Below, one piece after another: positions 19,085 to 29,024 of a stretch of 64,000 nucleotides of DNA (within the stretch, counting starts at the first letter, position 1; every line of letters begins with the position of its first letter). The notes beneath the pieces were generated by a model. It saw only the letters and a list, made by a program, of their open reading frames with translations, was not told the DNA's origin and searched no databases. Origin of the DNA: an uncultured bacterium (GTDB lineage Bacteria; Babelota; Babeliae; Babelales; Vermiphilaceae); contig OY970212.1 in assembly GCA_963713925.1 (NCBI GenBank), positions 288,001 to 352,000 on the forward strand. Reading direction: 5' to 3'. The position numbers and the translations under genes are program-made.

Positions 19085-19141
19085 ACCCAATTTACACTCA
19101 CTTCGAGGTACGGCGACGAAGTATCGTTCCTATTGGGACCC
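19085..19141. repeat. Family A palindromic repeat with nested insert
   Basis: ACCCAAT...ATTGGGACCC; inner ACTTCG..GTAC..CGACGAAGT resembles the inner part of 61815-61872. Confidence 0.55.
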
Positions 19142-19326
19142 ATTTAATAGGTAAAGTATACGGTTTTATTGACTACTTTACTCTTTTTTTTCGAACGTAC
19201 AACTATTTTACCCAAATTAGCACAAGTGCTTTCTTTTTCTCAATCTAAAATGAAGATGGCATGCAGATATTTTTTGCGTGCCCAATTAAAACAAGTATGC
19301 GAATGCATAATTTAAGATATTCATGA

Positions 19327-19365
19327 TAAAACGCCCATTGCTCAGTTGGATGGAGCAACGGGCGT
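19327..19365 (-). terminator. Rho-independent terminator after the EEP gene
   Basis: ACGCCC.TTGCTC/GAGCAA.GGGCGT stem followed by a T-run on the minus strand. Confidence 0.55.
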
Positions 19366-19415
19366 GCATTTTATATAATCAAAGTTTATAAAGTATGGAA
19401 AAGCAGAACTCTTTT

Positions 19416-20465
19416 TCAAGAGTCTCTCTTTCCTCCATGTATCTCGTTTACATAGCATGCGAGTGTTTGACGTATTCTTTCTTCCCGTTCTTCTTCTATT
19501 CGCTTTTGTATTTCACTTTGTATTTCATTTTGTGTTTTATAATGTTCAACCCGTGTACTGAGTAAAACATTTGTTGCGCAATGGTCTGAAAACCAAGTTC
19601 GATTTTTGTCCGGGAATTGCCCGCCATTGCCGTCTCCATGAGATAAAAGAGACTGTTCTCGCGTGGTTTTCGGTTCTACTTCATGTGAAATTATTTTCAC
19701 CCCTGGTGACATAAAGAGGTAATCAATATTTTGTAATCTTCCTAAAGCATAAGCCGAGACGCGTTTTGAAGGTTGCTCGCTGTTGGAGTCACTAAACGCA
19801 ACACCGGACTCATTCAGTTCCGAAAACAAGCTTGCGTAAATATGACTATCTTTTCTTGAGTCGGTGTTAAAATCTCCACAGACAACCCAATGTGAATATA
19901 CGTTATCTACTTGTTTTATGTATTGAGCAAGGCCGCGCATTTGTTCTTCTCGATATCCACGGTAATCTTTCTTGGGGCCGGTACCGCCGTAAAAATGGGT
20001 GTTTACGACATTCATTGTTGTCTGACCATCAAAACTGCATTGCATGAAAATAAATCGATTGTTCTTTATGTCGGGAGACTCATAAAATTGAGCTGATTTG
20101 TTTCCCACAACAATAAAAGCAAGGTCTGAATTGCTCTTCGAATGATACAGTGATGATTCATCGGGTAGTCGCAATGTTTTTACCACATCCCAACACTGAT
20201 TATCACACTCTTGTAGGGCGATAACGAGATTATTTTTCTCGGTAATAGACGCATCAATTTTGCCTTGTAAATAACGACGCAAATAGTTGCTGCGGACGCT
20301 CCAATCCATTTTATTATTTCGATCGCCATTATAATACTTTTGATAAAATTTATCTGCCAAAGTATTGACCGAAAGTACGCGCATAGGCAATGTTTCAGCG
20401 AAGGCAGAGCTTGCCGGTTGAGCTATGCCAAGGAGCATTATCATAAAAAGAGTAAATTTTTTCAT
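19416..20465 (-). CDS. Secreted endonuclease/exonuclease/phosphatase (EEP) family protein
   Basis: Signal peptide; LSVN, IALQE, NTHF, VCGDFN, IDYLF, SDH. Confidence 0.85.
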   Translation of the reverse strand: MKKFTLFMIMLLGIAQPASSAFAETLPMRVLSVNTLADKFYQKYYNGDRNNKMDWSVRSNYLRRYLQGKIDASITEKNNLVIALQECDNQCWDVVKTLRLPDESSLYHSKSNSDLAFIVVGNKSAQFYESPDIKNNRFIFMQCSFDGQTTMNVVNTHFYGGTGPKKDYRGYREEQMRGLAQYIKQVDNVYSHWVVCGDFNTDSRKDSHIYASLFSELNESGVAFSDSNSEQPSKRVSAYALGRLQNIDYLFMSPGVKIISHEVEPKTTREQSLLSHGDGNGGQFPDKNRTWFSDHCATNVLLSTRVEHYKTQNEIQSEIQKRIEEEREERIRQTLACYVNEIHGGKRDS

Positions 20466-20668
20466 AAAAGATCCTTAAAAATAGGTTAACCTTATGTTAA
20501 TGTTTCTATTTGTATTTTATCACAATAAGAAAATAAGTCAATTGCAGGGGTAGATTAGAGTAATAAGGGTGGCTTGAATCAGGGAACTAGGCTCAGCCAC
20601 TCTTGATAGTTCTTTTTTAGCTGATTTAATTAAAGAACGTAGAAAATATAAAGTGGGCAGTCAGGAGA

Positions 20669-22006
20669 GTGGGTATGAGTTCTATTATTTTTAATTCAAA
20701 ATCAGTGATCGCGCCAGACATAGCAGGCTTGGATATTCATTTGAGAAATGTCATACAAGAGTTAGCGGCAGTCGATTCATATAATTATGGTGAGGCTTTT
20801 ATGTATGCGCCCAAGGATGAATCTCTTTTGACGTCTGTTAAAGCACTGATTGTGCACAAAAAGTATCATGAAGTTGATGCTGTTCTGGTGGTTGGCATTG
20901 GTGGATCGAATTTGGCTGTTAAAGCAATTCATGGTCTGTTGCAACACACGGAGTCGAACCGACAAAAAAAAGAAATCTTTTTTGCCGAGACGGTTGATCC
21001 GGAATATACGCAAGCGCTGTATCAAAAAATTGAAGGTATGCTGGCGGGTGGTAAAAAGGTGTTGCTCGTGATTGCCACCAAATCAGGGACAACGACGGAG
21101 ACTGTTGCGCTTGCGTCACTTTTTATAGAATGTTTCAAGCGGCACTATAAAACTACGCATCACAACTATATTGTCGCGATCACCGATAATGATTCTCCGC
21201 TCAGTACATTTGCAAAAGAGCACAATTACACGTTGTTGACAGTTCCCGCGCGTATTGGAGGGCGGTATAGCGTGTTCAGTGCCGTTGGACTGTTTCCTTT
21301 AGCAATGATGGGATATGATATTGACGCGTTGTGCCAAGGTGCGCGGATGGCATGCAATGTCGCGTTAGATCTTTCGATAACTAAAAATAAAATCACCCAA
21401 AGTGCTTTGACGACCTATCAATATTATCGCTTAGGCATACGCATTCATAACATGTTTTTATTTGCAGCAGATGCAGCATCACTCGGGGCATGGTATCGAC
21501 AGCTGACCGCGGAAAGCCTTGGAAAAGTAAAAGATACAACAAAGGGCGCAACTGGTGTGGGAATCCTTCCAATCGTTTCAATTGGAAGCACCGATTTGCA
21601 TTCGATGGTGCAGCTGTATTTCGCAAATCCGGTTCCGATTTTGACTACTTTTGTTACCTTTGGATCAGACATTAGGCAGACTATTCCAGATGTGGGATTG
21701 GAATACGGGCCCCGAACGAGCATTAGCGAGTTTGGGTCTAATGCGGGCGCGTTAGTGACAGGTAAATCGTTACATTCCATTTTGAATGCGATAGAATCAG
21801 GAACCATGCAGGCGTACGAGCAGGCGCAGTTGCCATTTATGAAGATGCAGCTTGAAGATAAATCTGAATATAGTCTGGGAGAATATATGCAATGGAAGAT
21901 GATTGAAACGGTCATGTTGGGGCGTTTATTGGAAATAAACCCGTTCGATCAGCCTGAAGTTGAACGTTACAAACAACAAACGAGAAAGATTCTTACTCAT
22001 GAATAA
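20669..22006 (+). CDS. pgi: Glucose-6-phosphate isomerase
   Basis: VGIGGSNL, TKSGTTTET, IGGRYSVFS, QLTAESLGK, DLHSMVQ, NPFDQPEVE. Confidence 0.95.
   Translation: MGMSSIIFNSKSVIAPDIAGLDIHLRNVIQELAAVDSYNYGEAFMYAPKDESLLTSVKALIVHKKYHEVDAVLVVGIGGSNLAVKAIHGLLQHTESNRQKKEIFFAETVDPEYTQALYQKIEGMLAGGKKVLLVIATKSGTTTETVALASLFIECFKRHYKTTHHNYIVAITDNDSPLSTFAKEHNYTLLTVPARIGGRYSVFSAVGLFPLAMMGYDIDALCQGARMACNVALDLSITKNKITQSALTTYQYYRLGIRIHNMFLFAADAASLGAWYRQLTAESLGKVKDTTKGATGVGILPIVSIGSTDLHSMVQLYFANPVPILTTFVTFGSDIRQTIPDVGLEYGPRTSISEFGSNAGALVTGKSLHSILNAIESGTMQAYEQAQLPFMKMQLEDKSEYSLGEYMQWKMIETVMLGRLLEINPFDQPEVERYKQQTRKILTHE
21707..21737. repeat. Family A palindromic repeat inserted in-frame in pgi
   Basis: GGGCCCCGAACGAGCATTAGCGAGTTTGGGT, encoding GPRTSISEFG. 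Confidence 0.6.
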
Positions 22007-23567
22007 CGTTACTATACCCAATCTCGCTGTCGCTTCCGCCTTCGCCAATCCGTCTTCGCCTAAAGGCTATGCCGGGACAGGGGCTATGGCGGGACGAGAC
22101 GCTTCGGGGCCCGTTACAATCATACTCTTTGGTATTACCGGAGATTTGTCTCGCAGGAAAATTATTCCCGCATTATATCAGATGGTAACTCAACACGGAT
22201 GGAAATCCTGGTCATTGATTGGGGTTGCTCGTGAGCAAAAAACTATCGAATCAATTCTGAATGAGGTGCGCTCATTCATTCCAAGTATCAAAGAAGATGC
22301 ATGGAACAATTTTATATCCCATTCTTCCTATTTTCCCTTGGATGCTCGATCATCACAATCGTATCAAGAATTAGCGCAGCATATTGATCAGCAAGAGGCG
22401 AAACATAACAGTGGCAATATGGGCGAGAGCGCAAGCGGCTTGTCACGCCGTAACTCAAAGAGTGAAGGCGGAAGTTTGGGTAAAAATAATCGGCTTGTCT
22501 ATCTGGCCGTAGGGTCGGATCTTTTTTGCTCTATCACCGCCGCATTAGCGCAATATGGAATTGTGAAACGAGTTGCGAGCAATGAGCCGTATTGGCATAG
22601 AATTATTTATGAAAAGCCATTTGGCGACAGTCAACAGTCTGCCCATGCCATCAATCAATGCATTAGTGAACATTTTTACGAAACGCAAATTTACCGCATC
22701 GATCACTTTTTGAGCAAGGAATTGGTTGCCAACATTGCGCTGGTTCGCTTTACGAATGCAATTTTTGAGCCCTTGTGGAATAACAAATATATAGAACATG
22801 TGCAGATTGTTCTGAATGAAGAACTTGATGTAGAAGAAAGATCTCTGTTTTATGATCGGTATGGCGCTTTGAGTGATGTTGTGCAAAATCATATGCTTGA
22901 GATGCTTGCGCTCATTGCAATGGAGGCCCCCGAGCAATTGTCGGGAGACTTTGTCAGAAACGAGCGCTTAAAAGTGTTGTCAAAAGTCAGTTTTGTTGAT
23001 GGCATCAGAGGCCAATATCGAGGATATCTTCAACACGAGGGTGTTGCGCAAAATTCAACGACCGAGACATTTGCCGCGCTTACGCTTGCGGTTAACAACC
23101 CGCGCTGGCAGGGCGTTCCTTTCTTTTTAAAAACAGGCAAAGCATTGCGTGAAAAAAATACATCGATCCATATCAAATTCAAACACGTTAATTGCCTGCT
23201 CTCTTCCAGCTGCCCGAGTGAATCAAACTATTTGACAATCAACATAACTCCCGACGCGGGATTTGTGTTGCAGTTGAATGCAAAAAAGGTGGGAGCATCA
23301 TATGAAGTGACTCCGGTTGAAATGAAATTTTGTCACAGCTGCTTGTATGGCCCTTTTACAACGGAAGATTACCAAACGCTTTTGTCTGAAATTATAAAAG
23401 GAGACCTGTCAATAGCCGTTCGGTTTGATGAGATAGAGCAATGTTGGAGAGTTATTGATACTATTAAACAACAAAACATTCCGATCAGCATATACGAAAA
23501 AAAATCGGCCGGTCCGGATGAATTAGAAGAATTTGAAAAGCGACATACTATGAGGTGGCGTTCGTGA
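21999..23567 (+). CDS. zwf: Glucose-6-phosphate 1-dehydrogenase
   Basis: FGITGDLSRRKIIPAL, EKPFG, RIDHFLSKE, DVVQNH, TETF, RWQGVPFFLKTGK. Confidence 0.95.
   Translation: MNNVTIPNLAVASAFANPSSPKGYAGTGAMAGRDASGPVTIILFGITGDLSRRKIIPALYQMVTQHGWKSWSLIGVAREQKTIESILNEVRSFIPSIKEDAWNNFISHSSYFPLDARSSQSYQELAQHIDQQEAKHNSGNMGESASGLSRRNSKSEGGSLGKNNRLVYLAVGSDLFCSITAALAQYGIVKRVASNEPYWHRIIYEKPFGDSQQSAHAINQCISEHFYETQIYRIDHFLSKELVANIALVRFTNAIFEPLWNNKYIEHVQIVLNEELDVEERSLFYDRYGALSDVVQNHMLEMLALIAMEAPEQLSGDFVRNERLKVLSKVSFVDGIRGQYRGYLQHEGVAQNSTTETFAALTLAVNNPRWQGVPFFLKTGKALREKNTSIHIKFKHVNCLLSSSCPSESNYLTINITPDAGFVLQLNAKKVGASYEVTPVEMKFCHSCLYGPFTTEDYQTLLSEIIKGDLSIAVRFDEIEQCWRVIDTIKQQNIPISIYEKKSAGPDELEEFEKRHTMRWRS
22016..22112. 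repeat. Triple-nested palindromic repeat (family A containing B containing B), in-frame in the zwf N-terminus
   Basis: Outer ACCCAATCTCGCT...TTCGGGGCCC; middle CCGCCTTCGCC...GGCTATGGCGGGACGAG; inner CCGTCTTCGCCTAAAGGCTATGCCGGGACAG. Confidence 0.7.
22421..22481. repeat. Family B repeat (within a degenerate family A) in-frame in zwf
   Basis: CTTGTCACGCCGTAACTCAAAGAGTGAAGGCGGAAG matches copies at 27073 and 44298. Confidence 0.7.
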
Positions 23568-24472
23568 ATATAGCAGTCATTGGTTTGGGCAGAATGGGTA
23601 ACGCTGTTGTTGAGCGCATAGCGGTAGCCGGACACACCGTTTTTGGATATGATCCCCATGAGCAGGCGCGAGAAGCAATACGTGTATTTAAAGCACAGCC
23701 TATGGCTTCAATAGAACAATGCGTTGCATCGGCACAATTAATATGGTTGATGACACCGGCTGGTCCGCTTGTCGATACCGTGCTTGAGTCAATTACGCCG
23801 GCAGCACAACAAGGCGCGATTATTGTTGATGGGGGAAATAGCTTTTTTAAAGATTCGATCAGACGCGCAAAGCTGCTTGAAAGCAAAGGGCTTCATTTTC
23901 TTGATTGCGGAACATCGGGCGGCGTGCATGGACGTGAAAATGGTTTTTGTTTGATGGTTGGCGGATCGAAAGAGATTTTTACAAAAATAGAGCCAGTGCT
24001 GCGCGCGCTGGCAGCTCCGGGTGGATACGCATTGCTTGGGCCATCAGGCGCGGGGCATTATGTGAAAATGGTGCATAATGGCATAGAATATGCGCTGCTG
24101 CAAGCATATGCAGAAGGGTTTCAGATTGTCAAAGAAGGTTCGTTTGCGGACCAACATCTTGATTTGGCAAAAATTTCCGATGTGTGGATGCATGGATCAG
24201 TGATTCGCTCATGGCTTTTGGAGCTTGCTCATGGCATCTTTATGCATGATCAAAATTTTGAATCAATCGGTGGAGAAGTTGCCCAGGGGGGAACGGGAGC
24301 CTGGACTTTCGATGAAGCGGGTGAGCATGGCATTCAAGTCCCTGCGTTATTGGCGGCCCTTGAAGTGCGTGCATGGTCGCAAGAATCGGGCGGTAATTAT
24401 GCTACCAAGTTGATCGCATTGTTGCGCAATGCATTTGGGGAACATGCAGTAAACAAAATTGAGCAAAACTAA
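23555..24472 (+). CDS. gnd: 6-phosphogluconate dehydrogenase (decarboxylating, short YqeC type)
   Basis: GLGRMG, VDGGNS, DCGTSGG, GAGHYVKMVHNGIEY, GSVIRSWLL, LRNAFGEH. Confidence 0.95.
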   Translation: MAFVNIAVIGLGRMGNAVVERIAVAGHTVFGYDPHEQAREAIRVFKAQPMASIEQCVASAQLIWLMTPAGPLVDTVLESITPAAQQGAIIVDGGNSFFKDSIRRAKLLESKGLHFLDCGTSGGVHGRENGFCLMVGGSKEIFTKIEPVLRALAAPGGYALLGPSGAGHYVKMVHNGIEYALLQAYAEGFQIVKEGSFADQHLDLAKISDVWMHGSVIRSWLLELAHGIFMHDQNFESIGGEVAQGGTGAWTFDEAGEHGIQVPALLAALEVRAWSQESGGNYATKLIALLRNAFGEHAVNKIEQN

Positions 24473-24540
24473 ATTTTTTTCAATTTTGAGTGATGAGGAA
24501 TTGCATTCATTTCGATGTTTAATTTATTTTTTACTTTAAT

Positions 24541-24718
24541 CGTTCGAATGGTTCGATTCCATTGCATTCCACTCACCACGAACGAGTTTATAGTTGTTAC
24601 ATATTTAAAAAGACCTCAAGATAGCTAATCATATCCGTTTCACCCACGCTTGCGCGTGGGGCCCGGCGTTCGTGGTGAGCGAAGCAACGCGAAGTCGAAC
24701 CATTCGAACAAGAAAATA
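24541..24718. repeat. Family C repeat pair (CGTTCGTGGTGAG...TCGAACCATTCGAAC) with a family A hairpin between them
   Basis: Inverted copies at 24541-24584 and 24667-24718; CCCACGCTTGCGCGTGGGGCCC at 24643. Confidence 0.75.
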
Positions 24719-24739
24719 AATTGTGTGATAAGGAATTTC

Positions 24740-25366
24740 ATGAAAATCATCGATATCAGCTGGCCACTCTCAGAACGCACAACCGGATACAAAAATAGAT
24801 CGGTGTTGCAGGTTACGCATCGTAAAACATATGCCAACGATAAGATCAATGAAACGTCAGCGTTGCTCGATATGCATGGGGGCACGCATGTCGATGCGCC
24901 CTATCACATGAGTTCTGATGGGAAAACGATTGATCAAATACCGCTTGAGCGTTTATATGGCAATGCACTCGTGATTGATTGCATGCAAGAATTTGAATAC
25001 ATTACTGCAGATACTTTACGTATGCATGACATTGCTCAGGGTCAGATTGTCTTATGTAAAACAAAAAACAGTTTGCTTGCTTATGATGCTCCATTCGATC
25101 CTGCATTCGTCTATTTACATGAAAGCGGTACGCAGTATTTGAAAGAGAAAAAAATAAAAGCTTTCGGCATTGATTATCTTGGCCTTGAGCGGTCACAGCC
25201 CGGCCATCCGAGCCATAATCTTTTGTTATCAAATAATATCAGTGTTGTTGAAGGCTTACGCCTGGCGCATGTTGATGCCGGACAATATGAAGCATTTATT
25301 TTGCCGCTTGCGCTCGTAGGTCTTGATGCCGCACCAGCGCGGGCAGTGCTTATTTCGAGAAGCTGA
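24740..25366 (+). CDS. Cyclase family protein / kynurenine formamidase-like
   Basis: IIDIS.P, HGGTHVDAP.H, GID, H..LL, VVEGL, DAAPARAV. Confidence 0.88.
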   Translation: MKIIDISWPLSERTTGYKNRSVLQVTHRKTYANDKINETSALLDMHGGTHVDAPYHMSSDGKTIDQIPLERLYGNALVIDCMQEFEYITADTLRMHDIAQGQIVLCKTKNSLLAYDAPFDPAFVYLHESGTQYLKEKKIKAFGIDYLGLERSQPGHPSHNLLLSNNISVVEGLRLAHVDAGQYEAFILPLALVGLDAAPARAVLISRS

Positions 25367-25390
25367 CGCATCTCGAGATGGAAAAAATAA

Positions 25391-25434
25391 AAAAGAAGGA
25401 TGTTTCCTAAAAATTCAGGAAACATCCTTCTTTT
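25391..25434. terminator. Bidirectional terminator
   Basis: AAAAGAAGGATGTTTCCT..AGGAAACATCCTTCTTTT between convergent genes. Confidence 0.75.
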
Positions 25435-25452
25435 GCATAGCCAAATATTTTT

Positions 25453-26316
25453 TTAGTTCACAATTGTGGCTATCACGTTGCCCTTATCATCTTTTGTTAA
25501 GTCTACGATGTCATCATCTGCTTGATATGTAAACGAATCGATTAATGGGCCATTGTCTTCATATACGTCAAATTTTCCGTTGTTGCCTGGCGGTGTTTCA
25601 AGTCGTTTATTAACGGGTACTTTATATTTGACATCATTGATTGCAATTTCAACGGGTTTATCCGTTTTGTTGAAGATGTGCCACGCTATAGGAGTTGTGT
25701 CTACAAACTCGTCAGTAGGTATGTCGGCATTTTCATAGACTACAGAGCTATCTCCGTCAGAGCTGTTGTCGTATGAACTTCCCCACCATGCCCACATTAA
25801 TGGCCATGTGGTTAAACCTATCCACCAAGGAATTCCCCACCATCCGCCATAGCCGCCCCACCATCCGCCATAAAACGGATAGCCGGATCTATGCCAGCCA
25901 CGGTTCCATCCACCTCGACCAGCGAATCTACCTCTGCCAGCCAATCCTCGGCTACCAGCTAATCTGCCGCCTCGACTACCAGCTAATCTTGTTCGACCGC
26001 CGACTCTGCCAGCTCTATTAACTCTGCCAGCTGATCTGGCACCGCTTGTTCTACCTGCTGATCTAAATCCACTTGTTCGGGCCATTCCGCCGCCACGGAA
26101 TCCGCCACCATGGAACCCTCCACCGCGGAATCCTCCGCCATGGAAACCGCCGCCACCATGAAAGCCGCCTCCACCGTGGAAACCGCCCCCACCGCCATGA
26201 AAACCACCGCCTCCATGACCACCACCCCCGCCTCCGCGGGCAGTGATATCAACGGGAACGAATGAGAACATCATAATGGGAATTAAGATAATGGAAAATT
26301 TTTTTACCCACTTCAT
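25453..26316 (-). CDS. Secreted Gly/Arg-rich low-complexity protein
   Basis: Signal peptide; (GGGGFH)n and RxAG repeats; Trp-rich hydrophobic stretch; small C-terminal domain. Confidence 0.75.
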   Translation of the reverse strand: MKWVKKFSIILIPIMMFSFVPVDITARGGGGGGHGGGGFHGGGGGFHGGGGFHGGGGFHGGGFRGGGFHGGGFRGGGMARTSGFRSAGRTSGARSAGRVNRAGRVGGRTRLAGSRGGRLAGSRGLAGRGRFAGRGGWNRGWHRSGYPFYGGWWGGYGGWWGIPWWIGLTTWPLMWAWWGSSYDNSSDGDSSVVYENADIPTDEFVDTTPIAWHIFNKTDKPVEIAINDVKYKVPVNKRLETPPGNNGKFDVYEDNGPLIDSFTYQADDDIVDLTKDDKGNVIATIVN

Positions 26317-26439
26317 AATAACCTCCGATAATATACCCAATATTCGCAATTACTTTGCAGCTTAAGCATGGAAGCTTCTTGCTTCAATTGGGGTCCTTAA
26401 AAGGGACTGAATCAAAATCAATATTACAATTTACGTTTT

Positions 26440-26796
26440 TTAAAACCCTAAACCTATGCCAAAAAATGGCCCATATCGATGTCCGATATAGTATGGATAA
26501 TGCCGATAATAGGGTGGATAATAGTCCACGTATTCCGGGTATCCGTAATCTTCTGGGTATCCATATGTTGTATAACATCCATGATGACGCCAATGGATTG
26601 GATAATTGTCATCATAATATTCAACATAGGTATCATAATCTTTTTGTTCGGCGCATGAGCATATATCATCATCACAATAATTATCATCGTATTCATCGTC
26701 ATACATGTCATAATATGCATACGCTTTTGCATCGATCACGCAATGTGCGCCGGCAGTGATAAAGAGCGACCATATGATTTTAGTAATGAGATTCAT
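26440..26796 (-). CDS. Secreted Tyr/Asp-rich protein
   Basis: Signal peptide; Y/D/P-rich; ends FFGIGLGF; overlaps the upstream gene by ATGA. Confidence 0.6.
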   Translation of the reverse strand: MNLITKIIWSLFITAGAHCVIDAKAYAYYDMYDDEYDDNYCDDDICSCAEQKDYDTYVEYYDDNYPIHWRHHGCYTTYGYPEDYGYPEYVDYYPPYYRHYPYYIGHRYGPFFGIGLGF

Positions 26797-27047
26797 TGTT
26801 TTTTGCTCCATGTATTTACGGATGAATTAGCAACTGTTCCATAGAGAATTCTTTTCTTACCCCAAAATCCATCATAATCGTCAGGCGTGTACGAAAAAGT
26901 ATCACGAGGTGCAGGTTTTATCCTATACCCATCTAATGTTTGCTCGATACTCGTTTCCGAGCCATAGCCATATGAACAATCTTCAAAGCGAATTGCCTCG
27001 ATTTGGGAAAAAGCAATTCCACAGAGAATAAATAACAATCGCTTCAT
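26793..27047 (-). CDS. Small secreted hypothetical protein
   Basis: GGGGAG RBS; signal peptide MKRLLFILCGIAFSQIEA. Confidence 0.6.
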   Translation of the reverse strand: MKRLLFILCGIAFSQIEAIRFEDCSYGYGSETSIEQTLDGYRIKPAPRDTFSYTPDDYDGFWGKKRILYGTVANSSVNTWSKKQ

Positions 27048-27072
27048 TAAAACTCCCCTATTTTCATATCAA

Positions 27073-27135
27073 CTTGTCACGCCATAGCTCTTGTCACGCT
27101 GAAGTTTTAATGAAAGCGGATGAGCGACGGCGGAA
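27073..27135. repeat. Family B repeat nested in another family B copy
   Basis: CTTGTCACGCCATAGCT[CTTGTCACGCTGAAG...GAAAGCGGA]TGAGCGACGGCGGAA. Confidence 0.7.
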
Positions 27136-27351
27136 AACAGGTATGGTCCTTTTAACCATGATCATACAGTGTTTTCAGGTTGAACCTGTCTATTTCAAGT
27201 ATAAAATATATATATTCTATTATGCAATATTTGAATAATATTACTTTTCAGGGGGGAAATATATGAAAAATAGCTTTTTTATGCCGGTGGATCTTTTGCT
27301 GCAGGCGGAAGCGAGCGTTGACGTGGCAATGGGGTTGTGCCCCCATAATAG

Positions 27352-27909
27352 CTATAGCGTTATGGGGTTAAATTCTAGGTGTTGTTCAACAACCTGCACA
27401 CCCGCGTCAATGAGCGCGGAGACCTGGTCTTTTGGTTCTGAAAAATTGGATAATACATAATCAGGAACGGAATCTCTGTTTTCCGGTCTGCCGACACCGA
27501 CTCTGATGCGGCCAAAGGAATCACCCGCATGAGCAATGATAGACTTCAAGCCGTTGTGCCCTTTTGCACTTCCACCGAACTTATATTTCACCTGACCAAA
27601 GGGGAGTTCAAGTTCATCATGCACGACTAATACTTCATCTATTTTAATGCCTTGTTTTTGTAAGTAAGGCATCACTTTACCGGAGCTGTTCATAAAGGTT
27701 AGTGGCTTTATCAACAGAATCTGGCGTCCGGCCAATTCTACTTTGCACGATTCAAAGAGCTCAGATTTTTTCCATGAAGCTCCTGCGCTGTCCGCAAGTG
27801 CATCAAGCACCTTAAATCCGATATTGTGGCGATTTCGCTCATAGGCAGGCCCGGGATTACCAAGACCAATAATTGCTTTAATGGGAGGTGGATTGTGTTG
27901 TTCGTTCAT
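27352..27909 (-). CDS. pth: Peptidyl-tRNA hydrolase
   Basis: IGLGNPG, RHNIGF, KPLTFMNSSG, VHDEL, GHNGLKSI. Confidence 0.97.
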   Translation of the reverse strand: MNEQHNPPPIKAIIGLGNPGPAYERNRHNIGFKVLDALADSAGASWKKSELFESCKVELAGRQILLIKPLTFMNSSGKVMPYLQKQGIKIDEVLVVHDELELPFGQVKYKFGGSAKGHNGLKSIIAHAGDSFGRIRVGVGRPENRDSVPDYVLSNFSEPKDQVSALIDAGVQVVEQHLEFNPITL

Positions 27910-27957
27910 GAGATATATTATAAAAGACCGGTAACTATATTATGAAATTTGCTTTCG

Positions 27958-28111
27958 CCGTTCGTGGTGAGCATTGGGGTCCCCGATCATAGCGTAAGCG
28001 TAGATTGGGGCTAAAATGTAATGAAATCGAACCATTCGAACAAGAAAATAGATACATTTTTTAAGAAAGTTCGTATGGTTCGACTCCGCAAGCTTCGCTC
28101 ACCACAAACGG
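27958..28111. repeat. Family C repeat pair with a family A element nested in the first copy
   Basis: CCGTTCGTGGTGAGCATT[GGGGTCCCCGATC...GATTGGGG]...TCGAACCATTCGAACAAGAAAATA; inverted copy at 28069-28111. Confidence 0.75.
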
Positions 28112-28150
28112 CTAGAGGTTGTTTTATCTTTTTAAAGCTTAACAGGAAAC

Positions 28151-28184
28151 AAAAAAGGCTCGAAATAATCTTCGAGCCTTTTTT
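28151..28184 (-). terminator. Rho-independent terminator after skp
   Basis: AAAAAAGGCTCGAA..TTCGAGCCTTTTTT. Confidence 0.75.
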
Positions 28185-28189
28185 GTTTT

Positions 28190-28861
28190 TTAACTAGCTT
28201 TTGCTTTAGGAGCTTCTTTTTTCGGGGTGCTTGCTACTTTAGTTGGAGTTGCAGCGGGTGACTTTTTGTCCATAAGAGCAATGATGCTGTTGCTGCACTC
28301 TGATTGTGGAGAGCTATAGAGCACTTGGCCGGTCATTTTATCAATGATAACGTCGAGACCTTCAGCTTTTGCAACTTGGGTCGCACATTCACGCATTTCT
28401 TTTAGAATTCGTTCCGTGGCTTTTTGTTGAGCCATTTGGAAATCTTGCTGACATTCTTGTACGCGGGCTTCAAGGTCACGCTTGTCTTTAGCCAACCGTT
28501 TTGCTTCAGCCTGTGCTGCAGCTTCACTCATGGTTGTCTTTTTAGCTTCAAAGGCGCGGGCTTCTTGCTCGAGTTTTTGGCCTTTAGCGGTGATTTCTTC
28601 GGTCCAATTTTTGTTCATTTCTTGGAGCTTTTCTGCTTCAGCCAAGCCAAGCTTTGATTTTTGCATAATTTCAAAAGCATCAACATAACGAACCTTGAGA
28701 TCAAGATGCACATCAAGACCTGATTTTGCTAACGCTTCTGTTTTGCTCTCTAATTCTGTTTTGGTTTCTTTGCTTACCGTTTTTGCCCCTTGAGCTATGG
28801 TTTCAGCGGCTGCTGGCAAAAATGAAAACGCGGTTAAAAGAAGGATACTTAATTTTTTCAT
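28190..28861 (-). CDS. skp: OmpH/Skp periplasmic chaperone
   Basis: Signal peptide, RYVD...SKLG, long coiled coil, GLDVIID...VLY. Confidence 0.8.
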   Translation of the reverse strand: MKKLSILLLTAFSFLPAAAETIAQGAKTVSKETKTELESKTEALAKSGLDVHLDLKVRYVDAFEIMQKSKLGLAEAEKLQEMNKNWTEEITAKGQKLEQEARAFEAKKTTMSEAAAQAEAKRLAKDKRDLEARVQECQQDFQMAQQKATERILKEMRECATQVAKAEGLDVIIDKMTGQVLYSSPQSECSNSIIALMDKKSPAATPTKVASTPKKEAPKAKAS

Positions 28862-29024
28862 GAAAAAAAGCCTTTCAAATCAGTGTTCAAACTACTTATT
28901 TCACTCTAGCTCAATCGCTGAATTAGTCAACCGACCTGAAAAGAAAGAGAAGAAGGGGTGGTATATCGTCCGTGTCACAGTCGGGAGAAAAAATTCCCTA
29001 CAATCCCCGCTTACCCTATTATTT

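Noticed and set aside
19331..19365. GCTCAGTTGGATGGAGCA resembling a tRNA D-arm
   Set aside because: No anticodon arm, T-arm or acceptor 3' strand; it folds as a terminator for the EEP gene
24650..24739. N-terminal extension of the cyclase ORF (likewise atpE 19063-19143)
   Set aside because: Read-through of repeat DNA; downstream ATGs have RBSs and match family N-termini
25930..26240. Tandem GC-rich repeats as a possible CRISPR array
   Set aside because: They are coding Gly-rich repeats; there are no constant repeats with unique spacers and no cas genes
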